From IMG/VR virus record IMGVR_UViG_3300002307_000041, positions 1-64,000 of that record: a DNA stretch of 64,000 nt. One strand, 5' to 3'. Every line of letters starts with the position of its first letter. Position 1 is the stretch's first letter. The DNA is from a virus. Lineage: Duplodnaviria; Caudoviricetes. Shown here in pieces: positions 1 to 9,165 of this stretch. The position numbers and the translations under genes were made by a program. The notes below the pieces were generated by a model. It ran no database searches and had not been told where the DNA came from. It worked only from the letters and a program-made list of their open reading frames with translations.

Positions 1-2
1 GT

Positions 3-233
3 GAAGGTGGCGCTGCAATGGGCGGAATGCCAGGAATGCCTGCAGGCCCAGGCGGAATGCCAGGTGCTCCAGCTCCGGGCGGAATGCCTCCAATGGGTGG
101 AACTCCTCCAATGGATCCAGGTGCAGCAGGGCCAGGCGCCGGCGCTGAAGATGAAGAAGATACTGGTAAGAGAGCCAAGCGCGAAAGTGTTGATCGTACA
201 CGTAGGATTGCAAGGCTCCTAGTCGGAAGATGA
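3..233 (+). CDS. C-terminal part of a Pro/Gly/Met-rich phage protein (open at window edge)
   Basis: Frame is open from the left edge; MGGMPG/APAPGG low complexity, then acidic and basic tail; stop overlaps next ATG (ATGA). Confidence 0.7.
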   Translation, partial: EGGAAMGGMPGMPAGPGGMPGAPAPGGMPPMGGTPPMDPGAAGPGAGAEDEEDTGKRAKRESVDRTRRIARLLVGR

Positions 234-577
234 GAATTTACGAGGTCGATAACACAGGTACCGACCTCGTTTTACTTTTTAGAAACGAGATCGCCAAGTA
301 TAACCATGCAGGTATGCCTGCTAAGTTTACTTGGGATCAATTAAATGCTGAACTACAAGGTTCAGGCGTACCTCTCATAGATTACAAGATTTTTAGCACT
401 ATGTATGATGCAAATCCAGAGCTATGGAAATCAGTAGTGCGTCGGTTTGACGGTGACGGTGTTGATCTAAATACCGAAGCAAAACCACTAAAGTCAGCAA
501 CCCCTAGCACTCCAGATAAGCGCAGAGAACACATAAGTAAAATGGCTAAATCTGCGGCGAGCAAACGACAAGGTTGA
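230..577 (+). CDS. hypothetical protein
   Basis: 115-aa ORF coupled to upstream stop. Confidence 0.7.
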   Translation: MRIYEVDNTGTDLVLLFRNEIAKYNHAGMPAKFTWDQLNAELQGSGVPLIDYKIFSTMYDANPELWKSVVRRFDGDGVDLNTEAKPLKSATPSTPDKRREHISKMAKSAASKRQG

Positions 578-602
578 CAAGGTTCATATATTGTGTTATC
601 CT
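574..602 (+). promoter_or_regulatory. sigma70-type early promoter
   Basis: TTGACA-N17-TATCCT with TG just upstream of -10. Confidence 0.6.
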
Positions 603-626
603 ATAAACTTATTAGGGAATATAATA

Positions 627-878
627 ATGAAAAAACTAACGCTCTGCACATTTATAATCTTACCTATATTAACTGCTTGTTCTAATGCTAATAGGACTAT
701 TCCCGTGTTAGTATTAGATGAAAAAACAATATCCGGTGATCCTGTAGAACATCCGCGTTTAAAGGTTCCAGAAGATAGAACTTACCTTCCCCCGCCAACA
801 TACGGAACATCTAACCAACAGATAGATTCAATTCCTCTACCGCCACCTAGGCCCTATAATTTAGGTTCAAAAAAGTAA
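627..878 (+). CDS. small Pro-rich lipoprotein
   Basis: MKK + hydrophobic stretch + lipobox LTAC from ATG 627. Confidence 0.65.
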   Translation: MKKLTLCTFIILPILTACSNANRTIPVLVLDEKTISGDPVEHPRLKVPEDRTYLPPPTYGTSNQQIDSIPLPPPRPYNLGSKK

Positions 879-1556
879 ATGACATTAATTAAGCAACGCT
901 ATGAATATTCAAAAATCCAACGCAAATCAATAGAAGGTAGGAGACTGTATGAATGTCCCGATGGCAATGCAGTAGCCAGTGTTACTACAATACTCGATAG
1001 AACTAAAGATAAGACACATCTTATTGAGTGGCGTAGGCGTGTTGGTGAAGCTAAAGCACAAGAGATAACTACCGAAGCAGCAGGCCGCGGAACCCGTATG
1101 CATAAGTTCCTTGAAGATTATGTTGAGACGGGTGTAATGCCAGATGCCGGTACTAATCCCTATTCTATACAAGCCCGTAAAATGGCAGAAAAGATACAGG
1201 AAAAAGCACTAGTGGATCTAGAAGAAGCTTGGGGACAGGAAGTAAATCTATTTTTTCCAAAGATTTATGCAGGTACTACTGACTTGGTCGGCATATATAA
1301 AGGCAATCATTGCATAATGGATTATAAGCAGACTAATAAGCCTAAAAAGAAAGAATGGGTTGAAGATTATTATCTACAGCTAGTAGCATATGTTGAAGCG
1401 CATAATGAAGTACACGGTACAGATATCCGTGAAGGACATATCTTTATGTGTAGCCAAGATTTCCAATATCAACAGTTTGATCTACTCCCCGAAGAATATG
1501 ACTACTGGAAAGATCGTTGGTGGAAGAGGGTAGAGCAATACTATCTAAGCAACTAA
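879..1556 (+). CDS. PD-(D/E)XK exonuclease, Cas4-like phage family
   Basis: RGTRMH, AGTTDLV, DYKQT and YYLQLVAY motifs. Confidence 0.8.
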   Translation: MTLIKQRYEYSKIQRKSIEGRRLYECPDGNAVASVTTILDRTKDKTHLIEWRRRVGEAKAQEITTEAAGRGTRMHKFLEDYVETGVMPDAGTNPYSIQARKMAEKIQEKALVDLEEAWGQEVNLFFPKIYAGTTDLVGIYKGNHCIMDYKQTNKPKKKEWVEDYYLQLVAYVEAHNEVHGTDIREGHIFMCSQDFQYQQFDLLPEEYDYWKDRWWKRVEQYYLSN

Positions 1557-1585
1557 ATATATGAAACACTTCGTGGAGTAATATA

Positions 1586-3250
1586 ATGGCTGTAGTCCAA
1601 ATATCGAGAATACAAATAAGGCGTGGTCAAGCAAATGGTGGTACAGGATTACCGCAATTAGCTGGAGGAGAATTAGCTTGGGCCATGGACACGCAAGAAG
1701 TATTCATAGGTAATGGTGCTATAAGTGAAGGTGCACCAACAGTAGGAAACACCAAAATACTTACTGAGCACGATAACATATTAGAAATAGCTGCACTATA
1801 TCAATATAAAAAGAATGATTCAAGCATTGTAACAGCTAATGGTGATATAGTACAAAGAACCTTGCAGGATAGATTAGACGATACTGTTAGTGTTAGGGCA
1901 TTTGGCGCAGTCGGCGACGGATTTGTTAACGATACTGCTGCAATCCAACGTGCTATCGATCAGCTTTATATCAATCCGGGAAGAATAGGAGATACTGCAA
2001 GCAGAGTTCAATTATTCTTTGAAGCAGGAACATATAATATATCAGAAGAAATAAGAATACCTCCATATGCACATCTAATAGGTGAAGGCATAGACAGCAC
2101 TATCATTAATCAAACCGGTGACGGTGTTGTTTTTAGGACAGTAGACGGAAATAGTACTCCAGGAAATTACACTGCTTTTGGTAATATGAATAACCTGCTG
2201 AGACCTAGGAATATATCTATTTCTGGCATGACATTAACTAATAGTACTGACAGATCTATAATATATCTAGATAATACCGATTCTTCTATTTTTGAAAATA
2301 TAAAGTTTGTAGGAACATATGTAAATGGAACTGAACCAACATTTACTAATAGTGCAGGAATTATTGATTTTCAAAGCGGTATTTACATAAGAAGTAACAG
2401 TGCTATATTTTGTAATAACAATATATTGTTTAAATTCTGTATCTTTAATTCTACCGGAAACGGTATGTATAGTGAATCTGATTCTAACTTCTTACAGATA
2501 CAAAATTGTACATTCCTAGAACTTTTTGATGCGATAGATATAGGTGGTGGTATTGGTGGAGCTGTTAGTACATCTATAGAAAATAACTATTTCGATAACA
2601 TTGATCGGTATGGAGTACGCATTAAAGCCGGATCAAGTTTACAATCATCATTTGGAAACGTCTCTAGAGGAAATAAATTCTATAAGGTAGGAAACAATAA
2701 TCAAACATACACGAATGCTACGTATCCTAATATCGTATTTGAACAACCTAATAATACAAGTAAAGACGATTATTTTGAGAGAAATGTTAAACTTAAAAAT
2801 CTACCACTTAATCCTTTTATAGCCAATGTACAAACAAAGGGAATGATCTATGAAGATTTCAACTACGAAGTGGAACTGATCGAAACTGGTATAGTTCCTG
2901 TTCCTCTTATACGTTTACCAATAATAGATTCTTGCACGTTTGAAATAGATTATGTATTAAGTAAATCCCAAGGAATCGAAGGCGGTGTTGCTACTCGATC
3001 TGGAGTATTCCATGTCACTGCTAATAAAGGAGTTAGCCTAATCGACGGAGTTAACCCACCTAGCCAACACTTCCATGACGATTTTGGATATACCGGTGAT
3101 ACCTCAGTAGAAGATATACGATTTACAGCTGATCTCTTTGGATATACTCCGAATACAACCGAAGCAGATACTATGATAATAAGTTATACTAACCCAATTG
3201 GCAACGGATTAGCTGCTCTGAATTATACCTATCGTTTATTGACAAAATAA
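1586..3250 (+). CDS. virion structural protein with pectate-lyase-like beta-helix
   Basis: SVRAFGAVGDGFVNDTAAIQRAI motif and Asn-rich beta-helix repeats; upstream CTAAATA box. Confidence 0.7.
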   Translation: MAVVQISRIQIRRGQANGGTGLPQLAGGELAWAMDTQEVFIGNGAISEGAPTVGNTKILTEHDNILEIAALYQYKKNDSSIVTANGDIVQRTLQDRLDDTVSVRAFGAVGDGFVNDTAAIQRAIDQLYINPGRIGDTASRVQLFFEAGTYNISEEIRIPPYAHLIGEGIDSTIINQTGDGVVFRTVDGNSTPGNYTAFGNMNNLLRPRNISISGMTLTNSTDRSIIYLDNTDSSIFENIKFVGTYVNGTEPTFTNSAGIIDFQSGIYIRSNSAIFCNNNILFKFCIFNSTGNGMYSESDSNFLQIQNCTFLELFDAIDIGGGIGGAVSTSIENNYFDNIDRYGVRIKAGSSLQSSFGNVSRGNKFYKVGNNNQTYTNATYPNIVFEQPNNTSKDDYFERNVKLKNLPLNPFIANVQTKGMIYEDFNYEVELIETGIVPVPLIRLPIIDSCTFEIDYVLSKSQGIEGGVATRSGVFHVTANKGVSLIDGVNPPSQHFHDDFGYTGDTSVEDIRFTADLFGYTPNTTEADTMIISYTNPIGNGLAALNYTYRLLTK

Positions 3251-3675
3251 TGTTTTTCGAAAAATTTGAATCTAGGATAACTTCTTGGAGAGAACTTCGT
3301 GCTAGTCTAGAAGATAATACATCTCCTATAACTCACACTATAGACTTTTGGAACAAAGCTCCAATAAGTGCTAAGTCCTGTGATCCCTATGATTGCAATA
3401 CTTGGCTAAAAGCTTGGCAATTAATAGACGAAAACAAATATTGCGACTTCTCTAAGATACTTGCTATCTATCATACGCTAAGTCTTACTGATCGATTTAA
3501 AAACTGCCGTTATGAGATAAAGATAGCAGCTGATAAAGAAAAACAAAAACTCTATTATCTGCTATTTGTTGATGATTTAGTAATCGGCTATCTTTATGAC
3601 AACTATGTCTTAACTACAGAGTTACCAGAGTTATGGATACAATATTCTTGTATCATGACCGACCATCTAGAATAA
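3250..3675 (+). CDS. hypothetical protein
   Basis: 141-aa ORF, TAATG coupling. Confidence 0.7.
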   Translation: MFFEKFESRITSWRELRASLEDNTSPITHTIDFWNKAPISAKSCDPYDCNTWLKAWQLIDENKYCDFSKILAIYHTLSLTDRFKNCRYEIKIAADKEKQKLYYLLFVDDLVIGYLYDNYVLTTELPELWIQYSCIMTDHLE

Positions 3676-3697
3676 ATATTCAATACGGGGATTTGCT

Positions 3698-4540
3698 ATG
3701 ATACTATTAGAGGGCGGAAACATTTTCAAAGACGGTGAAGATAATGAACTCACTCGACGTATTGATAAAGCAGAGATTCTCGGAACTGTAAAGTGGTTAG
3801 AAAGCATAACCGGATTAGATCTCACAAACGACCTAGACGATACAGGACATCCTGTTAAATGGTTAGGTACTGTAGGTAAAGCTGTATCTTCGGGTGATTT
3901 AGACCTAAGCGTTGACGAACGAGAAACTACCAAAGAACAACTAGTACACACATTAATGGCATGGTGTTTAAAAAACGGTGTAGCTAAAGACGATGTGTTA
4001 AATAGAGCAAAAAGTAAAACATCATCAGGTAAACGAGACGGCTGGATACAGCTAACCGGAAATAGTGTACATTTCAAAACTCCTATACTAGGAGATCCTA
4101 GTAAAGGATTTGCACAAACTGATTTTATGTTTACTGCCGATCCTAAGTACCAACAGTGGGCTATGCGTGGAGGTAAAGAAGGTAGTCAATTCAAAGGTGC
4201 TCATAGGCATCAGCTATTAGCAGGATTAGCTAAAGCAGTAAATCCTAATTGGATGTATAGTCCAACACAGGGGTTAGTTGATAGGACTACTAAGGAAGTT
4301 TTAACCAACGATCCTAACAAAATGGCGGTAATGCTGTTAGGTCCGGGTTCTAATATGAACGATCTAGCACACGTAGATTCAATACTAGAGAAACTCAAAG
4401 GGCATCACGAGTTTGATAGACTAACACAGGAATTCAAAGGCACCCTAGCTAGAGATCCAAACGGTCCACAATTAGAATCTGTCAATATGGAACTAGGTAC
4501 TCCACACTGGTTCCGACACATGATGAATAGATTTAGTTAA
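3698..4540 (+). CDS. hypothetical protein, possible nucleotidyltransferase fold
   Basis: G...SGDLDLSVD (DxD) and later QTDF motif; upstream AATAAATA box. Confidence 0.5.
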   Translation: MILLEGGNIFKDGEDNELTRRIDKAEILGTVKWLESITGLDLTNDLDDTGHPVKWLGTVGKAVSSGDLDLSVDERETTKEQLVHTLMAWCLKNGVAKDDVLNRAKSKTSSGKRDGWIQLTGNSVHFKTPILGDPSKGFAQTDFMFTADPKYQQWAMRGGKEGSQFKGAHRHQLLAGLAKAVNPNWMYSPTQGLVDRTTKEVLTNDPNKMAVMLLGPGSNMNDLAHVDSILEKLKGHHEFDRLTQEFKGTLARDPNGPQLESVNMELGTPHWFRHMMNRFS

Positions 4541-4715
4541 TAAAAATCATAGACATACCACATAAAAGGTTATATACTGTATAGATAACGACGGAACGTA
4601 GTGATGCGATTTACGAGACAATTTATCATCTGTAGCAATCATAATATACTACTAGAATTCTATAATAAAAGTACCACTAAATATCCGACTATTTTTTGAA
4701 GCAAAGAGGAAGAAC

Positions 4716-7013
4716 ATGAGCTCACGAATCACTGTCACTAAACGAGATGGCCGCAGAGAAGAACTAGATCTAGAAAAACTACATAAAGTAGTATTCTGGG
4801 CAACTGAAGGACTTGCTGGAGTTAGTCCAAGTGAATTAGAGATAAGGAGCCAGTTACAGTTTTATCCTAATATTAAAACTAAAGATGTACAGGAAACCTT
4901 AATTAAAGCAGCAGCTGATTTGATTAGCGAAGAAAGCCCTAACTATCAATATGTAGCGGGTAGACTTATTAACTATGCATTAAGAAAAGAAGTTTATGAC
5001 GGGTATACTCCTCATAATTTGCTTAACTTAATAAAGAAAAATATTGCGATAGGCTATTATACATCAGAATTTTTAAGCTGGTACACAGAAGAAGAGTGGG
5101 AAAAGATTAATTCTTTTGTTGACCACGAACGCGATATGAAGTTAACATATGTAGCAATGGAACAGCTACGCGGTAAGTATCTAATACAGAATCGTGTAAC
5201 TGGCCAGATCCTAGAGACACCACAAATATGTTATATTTTAATCGCTGCTACACTTTTCAATAGCTATCCTAAGTCAACTCGTTTACAATGGATTAAGGAT
5301 TACTACGAGTGTATTAGCACACATCAAATTAGTTTACCAACACCGATCATGGCTGGCTTACGTTCTCCGCAGAAACAGTTTAGTAGTTGTGTGTTGATAG
5401 AAACTGATGACAGCTTAGATTCTATCAATGCAACGACCAGCGCCATTGTCAAATATGTCAGCCAGAAAGCAGGGATAGGCATTGGCGCTGGTAGGATTCG
5501 TGCATTGGGATCGCCTATCCGCAATGGCGACGCTAGCCACACTGGAGTAGTACCGTTTTATAAAATGTTCCAGGCAGCAGTACGCAGTTGTAGCCAAGGT
5601 GGAGTACGTAATGGAGCAGCAACGCTTTATTATCCAATCTGGCATCTAGAGATTGAAGAGCTTCTCGTCCTTAAGAATAACAAGGGTGTAGAAGATAATA
5701 GGGTACGTCATATGGACTATGGGGTACAGTTTAACAGACTGTTCTATCAACGTTTGATTCAAGGAGGTGATATTCATTTGTTCAGCCCTAATGACGTACC
5801 CGATCTTTACGATTCATTTTTCAACAACCAAGAAAAATTTGAGCGTCTTTATTTGGCAGCAGAAAATAACACAAAACTACGCAAGAAGAAAATAAAGGCT
5901 ATTGATTTGTTTTCTAGCTTTATGCAAGAACGCAAGGATACAGGACGTATCTACCTACAGAATGTTGACAATGCTAATACTCATAGTAGCTTTGATGAAA
6001 CAGTTGCTCCAATTAAACAATCAAATCTCTGCTGTGAGATCGATCTCCCAACGAAGCCACTTACACATATATTTGACGAAGAAGGACGCATTGCGCTCTG
6101 CACTTTAAGTGCTGTTAATTGGGGAGCTATTAAAGATCCTAAGGATTTTGAAAAGCCCTGCGAACTAGCAGTGCGAGGCTTAGATGCATTATTAAGTTAT
6201 CAAGACTATCCAGTAAAGGCTGCTGAACTAGCTACACTAGAACATCGTCCGCTCGGTGTCGGTATCATTAATTTGGCCTACTGGTTAGCCAAGAACGATT
6301 TCAAGTATAGTGATAACAGTAGTTTGGTCAAGCTAGACGAGTATATGGAAGCAATGAGCTACTATCTCATTAAAGCATCTGTTACACTAGCGAAAGAACA
6401 AGGTCCTTGCGGCCGTCCACAAGACACGAAATACGCCAAGGGCATAGTACCGATTGATACTAGGAGCCCACATATAGATACGTTGGTACCATATGTTGAG
6501 CGTATGCCGTGGGATGAGCTCCGCAATGACCTAAAACAATACGGTATCCGTAATGCTACGCTAATGGCAATTATGCCAGCTGAGACTAGTGCGCAGATTG
6601 CTAATGCTACTAACGGTATCGAACCACCGCGTAGCCACATTAGCGTAAAGCAGAGCAAGCACGGTGTACTAAAGCAAGTGGTACCGGAATACCGCCGATT
6701 GAAAAATAAATATGAACTGTTATGGGATCAAAAGAGTCCCGAAGGATATCTTAACATCTGTGCTGTTCTACAAAAATATATTGATCAAGGTATCAGTGTT
6801 AACACAAGTTACAATCCAGCATACTATGAAGATGAGAAAATTCCTCTGAGTGTTATGTTAGGGCATGTTTTACAGTTCTATAAACTAGGTGGAAAACAGC
6901 TATACTATTTTAATAGCAATGACGGGCAAGGTGAAATTGATGTTAGCAAAGCAGAAGAAGGACAGTTGGATGACTTACCCCCACAAGAAGATTGTGAGAG
7001 CTGTGTGATATGA
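4716..7013 (+). CDS. nrdA: class Ia ribonucleotide reductase alpha subunit with ATP cone
   Basis: N-terminal ATP cone (ITVTKRDG), QFSSC, SNLCCEI, C-terminal EDCESCVI; no intein-size insertion. Confidence 0.97.
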   Translation: MSSRITVTKRDGRREELDLEKLHKVVFWATEGLAGVSPSELEIRSQLQFYPNIKTKDVQETLIKAAADLISEESPNYQYVAGRLINYALRKEVYDGYTPHNLLNLIKKNIAIGYYTSEFLSWYTEEEWEKINSFVDHERDMKLTYVAMEQLRGKYLIQNRVTGQILETPQICYILIAATLFNSYPKSTRLQWIKDYYECISTHQISLPTPIMAGLRSPQKQFSSCVLIETDDSLDSINATTSAIVKYVSQKAGIGIGAGRIRALGSPIRNGDASHTGVVPFYKMFQAAVRSCSQGGVRNGAATLYYPIWHLEIEELLVLKNNKGVEDNRVRHMDYGVQFNRLFYQRLIQGGDIHLFSPNDVPDLYDSFFNNQEKFERLYLAAENNTKLRKKKIKAIDLFSSFMQERKDTGRIYLQNVDNANTHSSFDETVAPIKQSNLCCEIDLPTKPLTHIFDEEGRIALCTLSAVNWGAIKDPKDFEKPCELAVRGLDALLSYQDYPVKAAELATLEHRPLGVGIINLAYWLAKNDFKYSDNSSLVKLDEYMEAMSYYLIKASVTLAKEQGPCGRPQDTKYAKGIVPIDTRSPHIDTLVPYVERMPWDELRNDLKQYGIRNATLMAIMPAETSAQIANATNGIEPPRSHISVKQSKHGVLKQVVPEYRRLKNKYELLWDQKSPEGYLNICAVLQKYIDQGISVNTSYNPAYYEDEKIPLSVMLGHVLQFYKLGGKQLYYFNSNDGQGEIDVSKAEEGQLDDLPPQEDCESCVI

Positions 7014-8119
7014 GTACAGTATTTGATGCTAAGAACAAAACAGATCATACAAAAAATCTAGCTTTTCTAGATCCCAATGGCGGAGTGAGTATCCAACGCT
7101 ACGATACTATGAAGTATAAGCAGTTTGATAAACTCACTGAAAAACAGCTAGGATTCTTTTGGAGACCGGAAGAAGTCGATATCCTCCGAGATGCTAAAGA
7201 TTTTAAGGATCTAACTACGCACGAGCAACATATCTTTACATCAAATCTAAAGCGACAGATACTACTAGATAGTGTGCAGGGTAGGGCACCGACTGCTGCT
7301 TTTGGACCAATCTGTTCGCTTCCAGAACTAGAAACTTGGATCACAACTTGGACATTTAGTGAGACTATCCATAGTCGTAGCTATACACATATTATAAGAA
7401 ATGTATATAGTAATCCTAACAAGATCTTTGATGAGATGATGGATATACAAGAGATTGTTGAGTGTGCCGGAGATATTAGTAAGTATTACGACGAGCTAAT
7501 TGATATGAATCAAAGAGCTGCTAGTGCTACGCATCAGCACCTTGTACCTATTCCGTATCAGCACAAGAAAGCATTGTGGATGGCTTTAGTAAGTGTAAAC
7601 ATATTAGAAGGGGTGCGTTTCTATGTTAGCTTTGCTTGTAGTTGGGCATTTGCCGAAGTAAAGAAAATGGAAGGTAATGCTAAAATTATCAAGTTCATCG
7701 CCCGCGACGAAAACTTGCACTTGGCGGCTACACAAACACTTTTAAAAATACTTCCTAAGGATGATCCAGATTATATAACTATAGAAGAAGAATGCCGCGA
7801 AGCTGCTATCAAGTTATTTGAGGATGCAGTAGATCAGGAAAAGAAATGGGCAGAGTATCTATTCAAAGATGGCAGTATGATCGGACTTAACTATCAACTG
7901 CTTTGCGAATATGTGGATTGGATAGCTAATAAAAGAATGACCGCTGTTGGTCTTCCAACTAAGTACAAGGGAGGTAGTAATCCCCTCCCTTGGACACAGA
8001 AATGGATAGCAGGCGGTGATGTACAGGTTGCCCCACAAGAAACAGAGATAACTAGTTATATTAATGGGGGAGTTAAGCAAGACGTTGATGAGAATAGTTT
8101 CAGCGGATTTAGCTTATAA
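7010..8119 (+). CDS. nrdB: class Ia ribonucleotide reductase beta subunit
   Basis: FFWRPEE, LLDSVQGR, ETIHSRSY (radical Tyr), EGVRFY, RDENLH. Confidence 0.97.
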   Translation: MSTVFDAKNKTDHTKNLAFLDPNGGVSIQRYDTMKYKQFDKLTEKQLGFFWRPEEVDILRDAKDFKDLTTHEQHIFTSNLKRQILLDSVQGRAPTAAFGPICSLPELETWITTWTFSETIHSRSYTHIIRNVYSNPNKIFDEMMDIQEIVECAGDISKYYDELIDMNQRAASATHQHLVPIPYQHKKALWMALVSVNILEGVRFYVSFACSWAFAEVKKMEGNAKIIKFIARDENLHLAATQTLLKILPKDDPDYITIEEECREAAIKLFEDAVDQEKKWAEYLFKDGSMIGLNYQLLCEYVDWIANKRMTAVGLPTKYKGGSNPLPWTQKWIAGGDVQVAPQETEITSYINGGVKQDVDENSFSGFSL

Positions 8120-8131
8120 GGAATTAGAACA

Positions 8132-8236
8132 ATGGCAAATAAACTTATTAAAAAACCAAAACCAACCGCATCTTTAAAAGAAATGGCAAAACGAGCTGCT
8201 ACTAAAAGAGTTATAAAAAGCAAGAAAAAAATATAA
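8132..8236 (+). CDS. 34-aa Lys-rich peptide (not in ORF track)
   Basis: AAGGA SD, then MANKLIKKPKPTASLKEMAKRAATKRVIKSKKKI*. Confidence 0.5.
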   Translation: MANKLIKKPKPTASLKEMAKRAATKRVIKSKKKI

Positions 8237-8244
8237 CAAAGAGG

Positions 8245-8514
8245 ATGATGAAAAGAATGTCTAATGTAGTTACACTGTATAGCAAGCCCGCTTGCCCTTA
8301 TTGCGATCGTGCTAAGGCTTGGTTAGAAAAAAATGGTATCCAATATCAGTCAGTTAATATAATGGAAGACACAGGAGCCTATGAATTTATTAAATCAAAA
8401 GGGCATCGCACAGTTCCTCAGATATATGTGGGAGATTCACTGTTAGTTGAGGGTGGATATGACGGACTGAAGAAGTCAGATCCTGAAATGCTAAAAGAAA
8501 GTTTGGCTGCTTAA
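8245..8514 (+). CDS. glutaredoxin (NrdH/GrxC-like)
   Basis: CPYC active site and TVPQI; follows nrdAB. Confidence 0.92.
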   Translation: MMKRMSNVVTLYSKPACPYCDRAKAWLEKNGIQYQSVNIMEDTGAYEFIKSKGHRTVPQIYVGDSLLVEGGYDGLKKSDPEMLKESLAA

Positions 8515-8828
8515 TGATAGTAAAAAAATATAACATCGGTGAAGTTTACACATTGAAACTAGTTACCGGTGAAGAAGTTATAGCAAAGTTAATGTCTGTA
8601 GATGATACAGGATATACTATATCTAGACCTTTAGTATTAAGTATGACTGGGCAAGGAGTTGCAATGACTCCTTTCCTGTTCACTGCTGAAATAAAGGGAG
8701 AAATCACTATTCCAAAACACGCAGTTGTTGCTATTGCTAGCACTGATAAACAAACAGCAGCACAGTATATACAAGGTACTACTAGTATAATGACCCCAGC
8801 TAATAGTGGTATGGGCAAATTAATTTAA
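8514..8828 (+). CDS. hypothetical protein, Sm-like fold suspected
   Basis: LKLVTGEEVIAKL motif. Confidence 0.5.
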   Translation: MIVKKYNIGEVYTLKLVTGEEVIAKLMSVDDTGYTISRPLVLSMTGQGVAMTPFLFTAEIKGEITIPKHAVVAIASTDKQTAAQYIQGTTSIMTPANSGMGKLI

Positions 8829-9121
8829 CCAACAAATACTGTTGATTGCCCTACTACAACAGTTGTTGCTCCACATACTCTAGGATCGTTATTCCTGTGT
8901 ACAGCAAAGCCATAACAAAATACAGTTCCACTACCACCGTCAGTCATTGGATCACAATGCGGAGGACCAGCTGGTATACAGGAATCGTCCGGATTTGCAT
9001 GATCTGGCCCGTGTACAATCACTAGTTTATTATTCACATAGACGGTACTAGCATGATCTGGTATTAGTCCACCGCCACCATCTGTGTTTGGATCTCCGTC
9101 TACCGCCCACAATTCTGCCAT
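8825..9121 (-). CDS. PAAR-like spike tip protein
   Basis: His/Cys-rich, VHRNNDPRVCGATTVVVGQSTVFVG ending; AGGAG SD before ATG 9121. Confidence 0.8.
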   Translation of the reverse strand: MAELWAVDGDPNTDGGGGLIPDHASTVYVNNKLVIVHGPDHANPDDSCIPAGPPHCDPMTDGGSGTVFCYGFAVHRNNDPRVCGATTVVVGQSTVFVG

Positions 9122-9165
9122 CGTAAACTCCTTGTTTTTAATATTTATTACCTGATAAATACCGT

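Noticed and set aside
578-597. NrdR box near CATATATTGTGT
   Set aside because: Only a half-site matches, and it lies 4 kb from nrdA.
4716-8119. Intein or intron in nrdA/nrdB
   Set aside because: Both ORFs are uninterrupted and of normal class Ia length.
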